NCBI RefSeq assembly: GCF_041956535.1
Contig: NW_027192207.1
Location: 64,810 to 128,809 of the forward strand
Direction: 5' to 3'
From: Calcarisporiella thermophila CBS 279.70
Lineage: Eukaryota; Fungi; Calcarisporiellomycota
Length of the DNA stretch: 64,000 nucleotides
Both the position numbers and the translations under genes were made by a program. This document shows, one piece after another, positions 33,963 to 47,488 of the stretch (position 1 is the first letter of the stretch; each line of letters starts with the position of its first letter). Under the pieces are notes generated by a model, which had not been told where the DNA came from, made no database searches, and saw only the letters and a list, made by a program, of their open reading frames with translations.

Positions 33963-36257
33963 CTATTGCTCCCTCCAAGCGCTAGGTTTTCTCCTCAGCC
34001 GTTCCTCAAGTTGAGCCTATCGAAACAGCACAAAGATTCAATCCATTTGGTCTCAATCAGTATTCTTTGTGGGTACTCTTTTACCTCGTACAGGCTACTA
34101 GGGCCCACGGGAGAGCCCGCACTTTCCCACCATCCTCTTCTGTGCCAGGAGACAATCTGTTTTGCGAGCTTGTCCGTGCTGCCAATAGCGAAGTTCTGTG
34201 CAGTAGGGGGCTGCTGAACAACAATTCCGCCCTGACAGCGAGAGTTCCAAACGAGAGAGTTTGCGCCGGCCCAACCATGCCCTATAATATTGATTTGAAG
34301 ATGGTTAAAGGCTGAAGAAGGAGGGCGGAGAGGAAAAACATTTTGGAGATAGAAATATGCTTCAGCTTTTGACTCATTTATCTCTCTCCTGAGTAGCGAA
34401 TCAAAAGCTGAGAGTTTGGACACGAGAGGGTGGAAATGAGAGGAAATGAGAGGAAATAAGAGGGAGGATAGACTCGAGAGAGCACCCATATCACAGAGAA
34501 AAAAAATTACCGGTTCCGCTGTCCTTTCTGTCTTGAATCACAAGCTTTCCCTCTATATTAATTCCATCATAGAGTTGTCCCGTGGACCATCGCATGTGTG
34601 GACCGACGTCACCACTTCCGGTTGCTGTGCACTTCAGTAGAACGTTGGGGCCTTGCACTCGGCCCATGAAGGCATAGCTATGGAAGGAGTAATCTGCATG
34701 GCACCGATCAAGAAGATTAAGCTGCCCATCAAAATGGAATGCCGATTGCCCCGAAAAAAGGGGAGGGTTTGAGAAGGAGGGGTAAAAGTGGTGGCATTTG
34801 GATATCGTGTTGTGCTTTGTACCGGCGTTGAGGCTGAGGAAGTTGTGGAAATAGGTGCTGGTGTAGAGAAAATGAAAGCAGAAAAAATAAATGACACAAC
34901 CATGAACGGAACCCTATATAAAGCCAGCCTACCTATTGACGTTGTGCATCCATGAATGCTCTACATGCTTAAACCGAGCTACATAATTAAAAAACATCTC
35001 GGGCGAGAACTTATAATCCCGGCCCCGGGGGATATCTTTGTAATCCGCCCTGGTCTTCCCCTTATTTGCTGGACACTCAAAAACGAGATCTTGGAGTCCG
35101 ATATGCCTTAAGCGCCGGTTCTCATACTTCACAACAAACCCACCGCCATATTCTTTGGAGATGGCCATGGTTAGAGGAGCGTCCAGGTGCAAATACTTGC
35201 CCTCAATACGCCGCACCACTCGATACGCAACAAAGTCCATTGGTTTCCACTGCTGAACATGCGGCTTCTTTGTCGGTAGCCTGTCCATTCCAATCGCCCT
35301 TATCCACTCATGATTGCCCGTCGTTACAACGAGAATGTCGTCGCCCTCTTTGAAATTCTTAGGGTGTTCTACCGGGATGGATTGACTTCCAACGGGGACA
35401 TAGTTTTTGGCGACACGGGTCCGTGTGCGGCGGAGAGGACGTTGCGACTGGCCCGAAATCTCGAATAGAAAATGATTTTTTGCCGGATCGACATTGGCGA
35501 TCACTTGCGTTCTTGCTTCGGGATCGCCCCGCAAGACAATGCCACTTGTTCTGATATAAAGACTATCCGACACACGGTATCTCCCACCCATAAGCATTAT
35601 TGCTCCGCGGTATCCATTCTCACCAAGGGGAAGCCGTGAGATAGAATCGATTGCGTCCTGTATACGGCGAGTGTCATCGCCATTATGAGCCGGATAAAGG
35701 CGTTTCACAACAGGTAGATTCGTGGGTATGCTCTGCTCACCATACTCGTAGCCGACGTAAGAAAAATCGGGGATACGATCTCCTTGCCTGGTGTAAGGCT
35801 CATAGATGAGTGTGCCATTAGGCGATGGATAGACAAGGCGACTTGTGTGAAGAGCTGGATTTGGCGGGTGGGCGGGCGGAGTGCCATCTAGTTCTTTATG
35901 CACTTGGAATGATGGAAATCGATGATTGCGATGTATGTCACTGTGCTTATATGAATTTAAGGATTGACTCCATATGCGGTGGAACGTGCTAAATAGCGCG
36001 TCCTGTACGCCTGTGAAGGCGTAGATCAGGACTACGACCACGAATAAGTATTTCGCCGCTGTTGAGTAGGACACCAACGTGAAGGATTTTGGATGGGTAA
36101 AAGAAGAAAGGAATAAGGAAGGAAAGATGTGGGGGAGAGGAAGGAAGGATGAAGTAATATAATCAATTCACGATTACAGAGATGTATTAAAAGAAAAATT
36201 ATGAATAGGTCGAAATTGCTCAAAGAGCAAGTTTATACCGATCGAGTGACTGCTCAT
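33963..36257 (-). CDS. Signal-anchored right-handed beta-helix (pectate-lyase-like fold) protein of bacterial type; 5 exons
   Basis: Exon 1 36239-36257 (MSSHSI) splices in phase to 36058. Motifs GDRIPDFSYVGY, DDTRRIQDAID, GYRGAIML, SGIVLRG, GQLNLL, GPNVL, GPHMRWSTGQLYD, GHGWAGANSLVWN, QPPTAQNFAIG, SLYEAQLEER; stop TAG at 33963. Confidence 0.75.
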
Positions 36258-36529
36258 CCAGAGTTTCCCACTTTCTCCGCATCTTTTTCCCTGTTCTCTA
36301 TATATAATTTTTTTTTCCTGTTCACTTCTCAAACTCACCTTCACCATTGTATATTCAGTATCATCTCTTCTATCTTTGATCTCTCTTGCATTGCTGATAT
36401 TATATCATTCCTTATCACCAGTTCTTTAACCACCAGTTCGCTCCATTAATCCTTCCTTATACTTGCCCTGCATCGAAAATTACACTAACCCCACCTTCGC
36501 TTTTTTTCCGCTAGCGCGATTCTCATTCA

Positions 36530-38620
36530 ATGAACGTTCCTTGGCTGAAAAGTATGGATGCCGGATGGCATTTCAGGCTATGATTGAACATGCTTCTTTG
36601 TTCTTTTATGATCGATGGGTGGCGTGCCTAACCTTTTATACTTGCAGAGAACAAAGAGGGAGGGCCCTCTACCCCTCCCGCCAATCCGCCATTCCCCAAT
36701 CAACCCGCTTCTAAACCTCGCAATGGCGTTCTTCTCATCCGAGTGATCGAGGGTCGCGAGCTTTCCGTTCCCCCAAGTGTTCAGGTACCACAGCCTCCAC
36801 CCGCCGCGCAGCAGCAAGCCATGATGCAGCAGGTGGGAGGTGGGGGAGGCAAGCGGGAGAGCTGGATTAGAAAGCAGTGTTGGTGGCTGCCATACTGCGT
36901 TGTCGAATTTGACAAGGCAAGTGATTAGCAATTGCGTAATCTGGGTGCTGCCGGTACTCATGCTTGCCGATGGTTTGTGTTGTGAATTAGAACGAAATTT
37001 TGATCAACCCGCTGGGCGGCGATATGCTTAATCCTATGTGGCAGTACCGAGCCAACTTGTATGTGCAGTGCATTTTTCATTTCTATAGAGTTCATTAAAT
37101 GATGCACAAAACCTCATCTATATTGCATTTGACCAACTTAGTGATGTATCACGTGAATCCGACGTTTCTATATCTGTGTACCTCCGCTCCCCCCCCGGCT
37201 CCCCCATCGGCGCCGACATCTTCATGGGGGCTGTCAAGCTCCACCCCTTGTTCGCTCAACAGAAGCTGCAGGACGAGTGGTACCCGCTACATGGCGGCAC
37301 GGGCCACATCCGGGTGCAGCTCTGCTACAGGCAGGATCCTACGGGCGAGCCGCTGACCATCGAGAGCTTTGATCTCCTGAAGGTGATCGGAAAGGGTAGC
37401 TTTGGCAAGGTAATGGCCTATGGCAAACCAGCCCACCAGGGAAGTACGCTGAAGCCGCCCCCTCTTCTCTCCTCCCCATTATCCAGGTGATGCAAGTGCG
37501 AAAGCGTGACACAAACCGCATCTATGCCATGAAAATCATTCGCAAGGCCCACATCGTCTCTCGCTCCGAGGTGACGCACACCCTTGCTGAACGCACCGTC
37601 CTCGCGCAAATCAACAACCCGTTCATCGTCCCCCTCAAATTCTCGTTCCAAAGCCCGGAGAAACTATACCTTGTCCTCGCCTTCATCAACGGGGGCGAAC
37701 TCTTTCACCACTTGCAAGCAGAGGGCCGGTTTTCGGAAGAGCGGGCCAGATTCTACGCGGCGGAGCTGCTGTGCGCTCTGGAGTGCTTGCACGTGTATAA
37801 CGTCATTTACCGGTAGGCCTGACCCCCCCCCCCATTTCCGCTGGCCTTGCCATCGTTGTTGCCGGCAAGGCGACCTTTATTTGTGCTCACGGCTTCTCGC
37901 CTGTATTTTTTCCCCCTTGGTTGGATGCATAGGGACTTGAAACCGGAGAACATCCTCATCGACTATAATGGGCACATTGCTCTCTGCGATTTTGGCCTGT
38001 GCAAGTTGAACATGGTTGAGAACGCCACCACCAACACCTTTTGTGGCACGCCAGAGTATCTTGCCCCCGAGCTCCTGCTTGGCCAGGGCTACACCAAGGT
38101 GGTCGATTGGTGGACCCTGGGCATCCTGCTCTACGAGATGCTGACGGGCCTACCGCCCTTCTACGACGAGAACACCAACGAGATGTATCGGAAAATCCTG
38201 CACGATGAGCTGGTGTTTCCGGACGAGGTGAACATGGAGGCGCGGGGCCTGCTCCAGGGGCTGTTGACCCGCGACCCCACGCAGCGGCTGGGCACCAACG
38301 GGGCCCACGACATCAAGCGGCACCCGTTCTTTGCCAGCATCGACTGGCGCAAGCTGATGGAGAAGAAGGTCCAGCCGCCGTTCAAGCCCTCCGTCCAGAA
38401 CCCCATGGACACGTCCAACTTCGACGACGAGTTCACCAACGAGCCCGCGTTCGATTCCGTGGCCGACGATAGCCATCTGAGCGAAACGGTGCAGGCCCAA
38501 TTCCAGGGCTTCACCTACAACCCTTCGGACGGCATGGGCGGCTCCTTGAGCGGCGTCAGCGTGGGGGGCGGCGCGGGAAGCGTGCTAGGGTCGGGGCGGC
38601 AGGTGGAGAGGTACATGTGA
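36530..38620 (+). CDS. YPK1: AGC Ser/Thr kinase Ypk1/Gad8 (C2-like domain plus kinase)
   Basis: [65 protein letters not shown] and hydrophobic motif FQGFTY; exon 1 MNVPWLK at 36530. Confidence 0.93.
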
Positions 38621-39191
38621 CGGGGGACGCTGATAAAGGATAAGCCGACAACACGGACACTCTGAGGCCAATAACAATCTCTTTCACGGATTTTTTTTAT
38701 TATATTATTCGAAGGATTTTTATTTTTTTTTTCCTAATAAAAACTCTACCTCCACCAGGAAATGAGATCATATTATGCACCCTTAAGAAAGAGAGGAAGG
38801 CGAGAAAAAAAAAAGCAAGAAGAAGGGGAGGGAGGGGGAGCCAATGCCGGGGACTATGCAGAGTGGAAAAGCTAAACTAATCTTACAAGCTTCCGCTGGA
38901 ATTTGCGAGAGAAGGGATGGAAAAACACACCTCACCAGCAATGCGAAAATGCGAGAGGTACCCAGGCGCCCCGGGTGAGGTCAGGTGTGATGGAATTAAA
39001 GGCCGAAGAAAATAAGAATCGTGGGGGAATTTGCGGATAGCGAAAAGGGCAGCCATTTTAATTTCGCGAACTTTTTTCATAGCTTCTTAGCAAGGAAACA
39101 GGCTCTGTATTCTACCCTTTCCCCTCTCCACCCCCCAAAAACCCTTCTGATTCCCTCCCCCTCCCCCACAGCAAACCGAGGAACCAAGATA

Positions 39192-39635
39192 ATGGAAGCA
39201 GGCACTGCACGGCATCGCGCTCCTCGCACCCTCAGCGCCCAATTCCCCTTATTCCCCACCCTCTCGCAGTTTCGCCGCCCGGAAGCAAGCCGAAGACATT
39301 CAACTCCATTCCATCCCCCAAAAGACGCAGACCCCCTCCCCACCCCATTAGCCGACAATAGAGCCACCGGCGTCGCCGCTCCCATAGGACTCTGCTGTAG
39401 CCGAAGCTCCAGTAGGAGTAGCGCGGACAGCAGTAGAAGCGGGGGCGGGCCCTGCCGCGGCTATCCTTGCGCATGTCTATCCCCCAACAGCTACGTCTCC
39501 TTTCCGAATCCAGATTCCTTCGATCCCCTCAAGCTCATAAGCAAGAATGGAGAGGAGAAGAAGATGGAGGATGGTGAGATGGAGATGGAAGGATATGAGG
39601 GCATGGTTGTCAATGGAGTCAAGCTCTCGTGCTGA
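39192..39635 (+). CDS. Hypothetical disordered protein (147 aa, intronless)
   Basis: ATG in AATGG context, GC-rich ORF flanked by pyrimidine-rich 5' and AT-rich 3' sequence; contains a YVSFP motif. No family recognised. Confidence 0.4.
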   Translation: MEAGTARHRAPRTLSAQFPLFPTLSQFRRPEASRRHSTPFHPPKDADPLPTPLADNRATGVAAPIGLCCSRSSSRSSADSSRSGGGPCRGYPCACLSPNSYVSFPNPDSFDPLKLISKNGEEKKMEDGEMEMEGYEGMVVNGVKLSC

Positions 39636-40357
39636 TCTGATCAATCCGGACTCTCTATGATCTTGGATACATGCGACTCTATTTATAGTGTATATCTATA
39701 GCATACCCTTAGCGTGTTCTCCCCTGTGTATACATTCATATCTATGTAGAAATAACAAAGTTTTTATCAAGTTTCGCAACTCTCTGCTCAAGAAAGCTGC
39801 CCATTCCCTCTCGTTTCAAATCCCATCTAAACTACCTCGCCAACCCTGCGAAGAAAAAGCGGTCTACGTCAAGAGATTCCCTTTAATACTAATAAACGAG
39901 ATGAGGAAACGTAAGAGAGGAGATTTCGAGAATAAGAAAAGAAGAATGCGAAGAGAAAGACAAAAAAAAAAAAAAAAAAAGAAAGAAAAAACATTAGGAG
40001 GATAAAGGCGAAAAGAAAAAAAAAATCAACATCTTAAAAACCAACTAAGGAAGAAAAAAAAAACAACATCAGAAAAAGAAAAAAGAAAAAGCAAATAAAA
40101 TAAACAAATCTATTATTATTTTCCATGCGATTTTTCATATTATTTGAAGAGATATTCTTCGACCCCGGTCGTAGAGGAGGGAGAGCGGGCGAAGGCGAAG
40201 TTAGGGAGGGCACGAAGCAGATCATGAAAAGGCAGAGAGAGGAGTCGAGGTGAGAGGAGAGGAGAGAAGAGGAGAGGGGGGAGGAGGAAATGAGGAGAGA
40301 GGAAGTTGAGGAAGCCACGCGGCTCCCATATAGAATAGAAATTAAGACGGAGTCCGT

Positions 40358-42281
40358 TTAGTTTCGCTGTGGTCCTCCAGGCCCATTCCCAATCAACACC
40401 TCGCTTCCTATTCGAGAGTCGACTTCCGGGGTTGAGGCGGGGAGGTTCAGCTGCTGTTCCCCCATCGACTCCACCAATAAGGGCGCTGTGGTGACTTCCT
40501 CCTTCCTCTCCACCTCTCCCCTGTCGACTCCTTCTCTCTCCAGCCCACCCTTCTCTACACTCTTTCTCTCCACCTCCTCCTCCCCCTTCGCCGCGAGCCC
40601 GCTCTCCTTCGGCTTTGCATCCGCATCTTTGTCGCCCCCCTCCTTCTCCCCCTCGTATGGCTTCCTTCCCAGCCCGATATACACGTTAGAGTAGGACCGA
40701 TATGTCTCAAACTCCTGGCAAATCTCGTTCAGCCATTTGCGACACTCATCCTCGGACACATCCAGCGAACGCTCCAGCCATTCCCGCTGTGCCATAATAA
40801 AAGCGACATAGTTGTCGCGAAGGAGCTCGCCAACGCGGCCACCCCATTCCCCGAGTGGGATGGAGAGATAGGATCTGGATGCTTCTGTGAAACCCTTTGC
40901 TTTTAGCGCCGTGTCGAGACGCCGGCAAATGAGGGGATCACAGCCTCGCGCTAGCAATGCATGCCGGTCTTTTGTTTGGTTGGGAGGAGGTGAAAGAAAC
41001 AGGACATGAGCTAGTGGCCATGCAAAAGAGAAAAAAAAACACTACTCACATCGCCCGTTCATGCTTTCCCCTTGTGCCGAACAACGAAAGATTTGCATGT
41101 CCATCTAAATTGCAAACAAAAGGATGCATTTAGTGCCTAGCTATTCACCCTCCCTCCTCCCCACCCATAGTGATTGGGCAGCTACCTCGACTAACTGAAC
41201 CCAGCCCCCCGGCTTGGTGACGCGGTATAGCTCGCCAACCACCTGTGGCCAGTGCTCGATCTTGTAGGAGAATAACATATTTCTCTAAAGTAACCCCCCC
41301 CCACCAGGTGCATACGATAAATGACTCTTCCAAAAATTTAAACAATGATGCATGCTTACGTGATGCACAAAATCAAACGAGGAGTCCTCGAATGGTAGCC
41401 CGTCCAAGATATTCGCGATGGAGAAGGTGCAGTTTGGCGGGATGGCCGCGTCTTCACGCAAGAGGTCGCAGATGTCAACTCCAACGAATTCAGAGTTCGA
41501 GTAATCGGCGGCCATTTCCTGTAATCAAACAAGGAGTGCATAGCGTTAGACCTTGGGGGGACGCGAATGCCTGCATAACAATGGCAGCTCTCTTACCATC
41601 AACCATGTCCCAGGCCCACAGCTATTGTCCACGAGGAGCGATGGGCAAAAAGCAAGTAATTATAATCCATTAACAATCCATGATGGACAGATGAGTGGAT
41701 TCCAATGGTTCACCCACCCTATGTCAAGAACACAGGCACCCTTGGTCAGCGTCTCTTGGACCGGAGCGATTGTGTTTCTTAAAAGGAATCAGAAATGGAC
41801 ATTGTCAATTCATCCATGAACATGGGCAGCGTGCTAGCAAAAAGGCAAAGCAAATCGCAAAGGCATTACCCATCGAACGCCCAGCGCAAAATATAGTGCT
41901 CCATCGTGAGACGATCCAGCTCCTCCATGTCGTTCGGCAAAAAATCTACGGCCATTCATCCACAATCAAATCTTCAATCCCAACTCTAACTCTAATCGAA
42001 AAAAAACACCTACATGGTATCCCCTGGACATCGGCATAACGCCTCCCCTCCAACCACTTGAAATTGCTGCGCATGGTCGAGGTGTACCGCGACCCGGTCG
42101 ATGCAAATGCCGTGCTCTGTGTTAGGGAGTGTCTTGACAGCTTGTGGTGTTCTGCACTCAGGGTCTGGCGATTATGGTGGGGGGGTGCAGAGGCAATCTC
42201 GTTGACATTGGGATGGGACGGCCGCCGCGAGGGGGTGCGGATGGTGATGCGAGAGGCGCGCTTCGATTTCACATTACCCAT
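40358..42281 (-). CDS. Class I SAM-dependent methyltransferase (LaeA/TAM-like) with an N-myristoylation motif
   Basis: MGNVKS start; GRRY..., LPNDMEELDRL..HYILR, VLDIG-CGPGTW, FVGVDI, GLPFEDSSFDFVH, RVTKPGGWVQ, IPLGEWGGRVGEL over about 7 exons. Confidence 0.87.
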
Positions 42282-43761
42282 TTCCAATTAATGATTATGA
42301 CATGAACAGGAGTTTTTTTTTATTATTATAGTTATACAGTTGGGAGGAGAGAACAAGAACGGAAAAAACCCTCGGATGGCAGTGAGGAGAGGGAAAAAGA
42401 GGGTTGACGTCAGACGGTGAATCCAGCAATAATCGGTGTCCTCGGGCCGTTCCAGTGAAAACGATGGCCCAACCGCAGGATTGACAGAAAGAATTCCAAA
42501 AACATGCTCAATGTGGGAGGATGCCACCTCCTAGTGACAGCCGTGCTCGGCGGTTTTGGCCGCTGTCTGGCCGCCCTCCTCCCTTCCGCCCTGCCTCCCC
42601 GCGCCCCCCCTCCTCCCCCATTACTTAATCCCCTCCCCGGCCCCCATTCGCCCTGTCCTTCCGCCCGCATTTAAGGTCTAAGGCCGGCCGATGCCGTTCC
42701 CACGGTCTTGGCATCGAGCTAAAGCACGGGAGAAAAAGAGTCAGGTCTCTTGCAAGCGAAGTCTCCGCCATTAGCGCTCCACGGGCCCTCCGCCACAGGC
42801 GAGAGGAACGGGCGGCCTAAACAGGGTCGCGCAGCTTCTCTGTATGCCATCCTCCTCCCCTCCCCCCCCTGCTGATATGCGGCTGTCCCCTTGCCTGCAG
42901 GAGAGTACAGGGAATGCATTCCCCTGGCGCTTGCGGCTCGCTGCAGCCGCCCTACTGTCGCGGACGGCGATGGCTGTTCGACAGGGTTGCACGGAGGAAG
43001 GGGATAGGCGCAAAGCACATATCCAAGGCACCGCTTGGATTTGCGGCCCAAATCGAGCAAGCGGGAGGGAGGGCGGACTCGAAAATGGGCCGGAAGGGGC
43101 CAAATGGAAGGAGCCGAGTATATGCAAGACAAATCGGCGATCAATTTCTGGAGCGGCAAGCGCACCAAGAGAAACCTCGCGTTTCCTCAAGAAGTTTCGG
43201 CCTGCATATCAAAACCCGGGCCCATCGCGGGCCCCGTCCGTCGAAGCTATGCAGCGAGCCATTGCATCCCCTAGGCATCCGCATCGATTTGTCGCGCCTC
43301 GTCGCCGCCGCCGCTCCCACCCAGCACGTTTGCGGGGCGCGAGCAATGTCGACGAATGCCGATGACTAAGAAGCTTCATTGCCAAGCCCCCCATTCACCA
43401 GTGAAACTTGAGGCGACGGTGCACGCCTGGCTCGATTACTTCAGCCGCCAGGCAACAGGGACAGAGGCACAAACCGCGTGAACCTTGCCGGGCAGGACGA
43501 ATGGGCGAGGGCCCAGCCGGACAAGGTTAACTGCTTGGTTGCCGGCCGAATTGCTTGTGCAAGGCGGCTGCAAAGTCTGCTTAAGATTCGGCTAATGGCA
43601 GGCTCGTGGGGGCGTTGGGACTCAGCGTGGGGGAACGGCCCAATGAAGAGCGCCACGGAGGGGCAGGAGCCAATTCGCGGTGGGGAGGGTTTGGGCAAGC
43701 TTTATTTTGGGCCAAGGAGGAGGGATGTGGCTTGACTAGGGCCCAGGTTTATTTCTCTTCT

Positions 43762-45185
43762 CTAGAGTACATAGAAAACAGTGGACATGTACACGAGATG
43801 TCCTCCTATCACCGTGCCCCGTATTGCGTGCAAAGCAAACGAATCGATCCAACCGGCGCTCTTCAGCGCCATTAATACGCTTGGCATTTTTCCAAATGCC
43901 TCCCACATTTCAGTGCGAGCATACCAATCCATGAACCAGGGTAAGGGCCAGAAAACTATGCTCATAGTCTACGCCCATCCCCCAATGCTTGCCACTGGCG
44001 AATGCCGCCAGTGGGATGGGATAACAAACGATTTGAAAATGTGCTCCAAAATGATGGCCACGCCCTGAAAAAGAAAGTAGCAGAGAACAAGGAAAGGGGT
44101 ATGCGCCTCTGGTCGCGCTAGCGAAATGTACTCATGATGAAGGCCGCTTAGGGTAAACACGGCGAGAACAGGGAGAATGGTCTCTAGAGATTTTGCCACC
44201 CTGGGCTTTGGAAAGCACTGGGTGACGCGAGTGCGCATCCAATACCGAACCAGATTCCATCCGAGTCCCAGATATCCCATTCGAAAACACTGATGCCATC
44301 GAGTCCCCCAAAACTCCCCGAGACTTGTAGCTATCCAAGGCATGCGAAATAGAATCGGAAATTGCTCCGTATCTATTCTCGCCCCATTAAACAAGATGCA
44401 TGCTAGAACTTCGATGATCTCTGATTCAATCATCGTTGAGACAGACAAGAAGAACAGAAATTTAAATTGGAAAAGGGCGAGGGGTAAGAGCCGGCGGCAA
44501 CAAGAGACTCATAGTCAGCGTAGGTTAGGCCATCGAAATCAAATCGAAGAGCATCTATAAGGTGACAATGACACAGCAGTCGCAGAGCAAGGGTGTGATA
44601 AGATCTTTCGTGTGAGCTGGCTTTGGCCTTTTGCTCGGCGCTCTGGTTGTGGCCATGCAGCTCTTGATTGTTTGGAGCTGTTTCTCGCTTGAACTTTCGA
44701 AAGAATGCTGGATTCTTATGAGCACGGTAGAGTGCAAGCAATTCGCTCTTTATATCTTGCCACGAATACACGACTGGCCGTTTCAGTAGAAGTGGCAAGA
44801 TGAAATACAAATCAAGGAAGCGGTAGAGTCGGATTATGCCATTGGAATGAAGCTGAATCTGTATCGCTGCAAATCGGACGGTTGGAACATGGAAAACACA
44901 TTAGCGAATGCAATGGGGTAAGTATCGGTTTTCTCTCAGCATACCAAGATCGTTAGAGCGAATCGACAAAGGCAATGCAAATTGCAGGAGAATGAGCCCG
45001 AGGCCGACCAGCTGCTTAAGCCGAGAGGATATCAAGTGGAGTGGGAGAAGAAGCAGCGTGAAGAGGGCGGCCACCACCACCCCATAGCTCACTACCAGCA
45101 CCAGGAAGTGGGTCTCTCGGGGCGAGGCTTTGAAGACTAGCTGGGTTTCTTCCGGAGAGATGGTAGATATCGACGGATAGACCAT
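43762..45185 (-). pseudogene. MBOAT (wax-synthase/Tri7-like) O-acyltransferase, disrupted copy
   Basis: Colinear with 46052-47488 but has a 1-nt deletion near 44484 (TAC-CCCTC vs TACTCCCTC) and a TGG>TAG nonsense codon at 43969-43971. Confidence 0.85.
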
Positions 45186-46051
45186 TGATTAGCTGGGGCA
45201 CTAGGCAGCGAGAAGAGCGTTCTAGACGCGTGGGTAGCCGCGCGTCTCGATCCCATCTAAATCGGATAGCGTATATGAGGTATGCACTATTGCGACACTG
45301 CATATATCAAAGCAGCTTCCAAATAAGAAAAAAAGACGTTTAGGCCACTATTAATATATCATAGAAAGGGGCTGAAATCTTGTTTAACAAACTAGTATTT
45401 TGAGATGAACAATCAGCAGTCAATGTTCCAGCTTGCAAGCTTAAGGCCCTGAAAACTCCCAGCTCAGCTATTGCTAGTTCGATGCATATAAGTGTTTAAC
45501 CTATTAAAGAACACGCCGAACCATGGACCCTGAAAAGATGTATGTCTTCTGGGTTACTGGCCTACGAGAAACCAGGACAAAATACCAGCTCAAGTCGAAG
45601 AAACGCATAACGCCCCAGCATGATCTAGGGAAGAGTTTTTATGTAAGCAGACAGGTTTTGGCCTACACAGTTGCCTTAGTCGGACTAAATGCACACAGAA
45701 GTGACCTACAAGTAGAATCGTTGTTACGAATCAATTATAATACTGGGTCCACGATCTTTTTTCGGAGTGGATGTAGCATTGTAGTTCTTTGAGGTCGTGG
45801 CTTTGAATGAGGGTGGGCTATTCCTAAGAAATTGCTATAATCAAACAATTTAGCGGCCATGAGTAGTTATGCCCAAAGGCTTTTAGAAATTGACATTACT
45901 CTTTTTTATCCAGGATCCAGAGGTGAATGAAAAAATATAGCTTCTAGAATGGTTCTTCTACTCTAACAGGAGATTTTCACTGCTCAAAAATGGAAAACAT
46001 TTAACAAGGATGAATTATTTGGCTGGTTAGATATGCAGTTTTTATACATTT

Positions 46052-47488
46052 CTAGACTGTATAGAAAACAATGGATGTGCACAGAAGATACCCTCCTATC
46101 ACTGTCCATCGTATTGATTGTAAAGTGAACGAATCAATCCAACCGGCGCTCTTCAGCGCAGTTAACACACTCGGCATCATTCCAAATGCCTCCCACAATT
46201 CAGTGCGAGCATACCAATCTATGAACCAGGGTAGGGATCCGAAAATGATGCCCATTGTCCACACCCATCCCCCAATGCTTGCCACCGGTGAACGCCGCCA
46301 GTGGGATGGAATAATAAACGATTTGAAAATGTGCTCCAAAATAATGGCCACGCCCTGAAAAAGAAAGAAGTAGAAAACAAGGAAAGGGGTATGCACCTCT
46401 GGTCGCGCTAGCGAAATGTACTCATGATGAAGGCCGCTTAGGGTAAACACAGCGAGAACAGGGAGGATGGTCTCTAGGGATTTTGCCACCCTAGACTTTG
46501 GGAACCGCTGGGTGACATGAGTGCGCATCCAATGCCGAACTGGATTCCATCCGAGTCCCAGATATCCCATTCGAAAACACTGATGCCATCGAGCCCCCCA
46601 AAACTCCCCAAGACTCGTGGCCAGCCATGGCGCACGAAATAGAATCGGAAATTGTTTCGTATCTATCTTTCCCCCATTAAATAGTATACATGCTAGGATT
46701 TCAATGATATCGGATTCAACCATCATCCCGGCAGAAAAGAAAAGCAGATATTTGAATTGAAAAAGTACGAGGGAGTAGGAGCCGGAGGCGACAAGAGACG
46801 CATAGTCAGCGTAGGTTAGGCCGTCGAAGTTGAATCGAAGGGAATCTATAATGAGACAATGAAAGAGCAGCCGCGGAACAAGGGCAAGCCAAGATCTCTC
46901 GCATGGGTTGGTCGTAGCTTTGGTCTCCTGCTCGGTATTCTGGTGGTGGCCGTGCTGTTCTTGATTATTCTCACTTGGCGCCGTTTCACGCTTGAGCCTC
47001 CGAAGGAAGGCCGGATTTTTATGCGCACGGTAGGGTGCAAGCAATTCGTTCTTTATGTCCTCCCACGGATACACAACCGGTCGCTTCAGTCGGAATGGCG
47101 AGATGAAATACAGATCAAGAAAGCGGTAGAGCAGCACGATTCCGTTGGAATTAAGCTGGGTGTGGATCGCTACAATTCGAATGGTTGGAACATGAAAAGC
47201 AGATTAGCTGACGAAATGGGGCAAGCATTGTTTTTCCCTCAGCTTACAAAGATTGCTGGAGCGAATCGATAAAGGCAATGCAAATTGCAGGAGAATGAGC
47301 CCGAGGCCGACCAGCTGCTTAAGCCGAGAGGATATCAAGTGGAGTGGGAGAAGAAGCAGCGTGAAGAGGGCGGCCACCACCACCCCATAGCTCACTACCA
47401 GCACCAGGAAGTGGGTCTCTCGGGGCGAGGCTTTGAAGACTAGCTGGGTTTCTTCCGGAGAGATGGTAGATATCGACGGATAGACCAT
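46052..47488 (-). CDS. MBOAT (wax-synthase/Tri7-like) membrane-bound O-acyltransferase, intact; 2 exons
   Basis: PWLATSLGEFWGARWHQCFR and VFTLSGLHHEY (catalytic His); phase-1 intron after 47248. Confidence 0.88.

Noticed and set aside
42288-43735. Many overlapping 80-170 aa ORFs
   Set aside because: GC-rich intergenic or regulatory DNA gives stop-poor frames on both strands; no coherent protein features.
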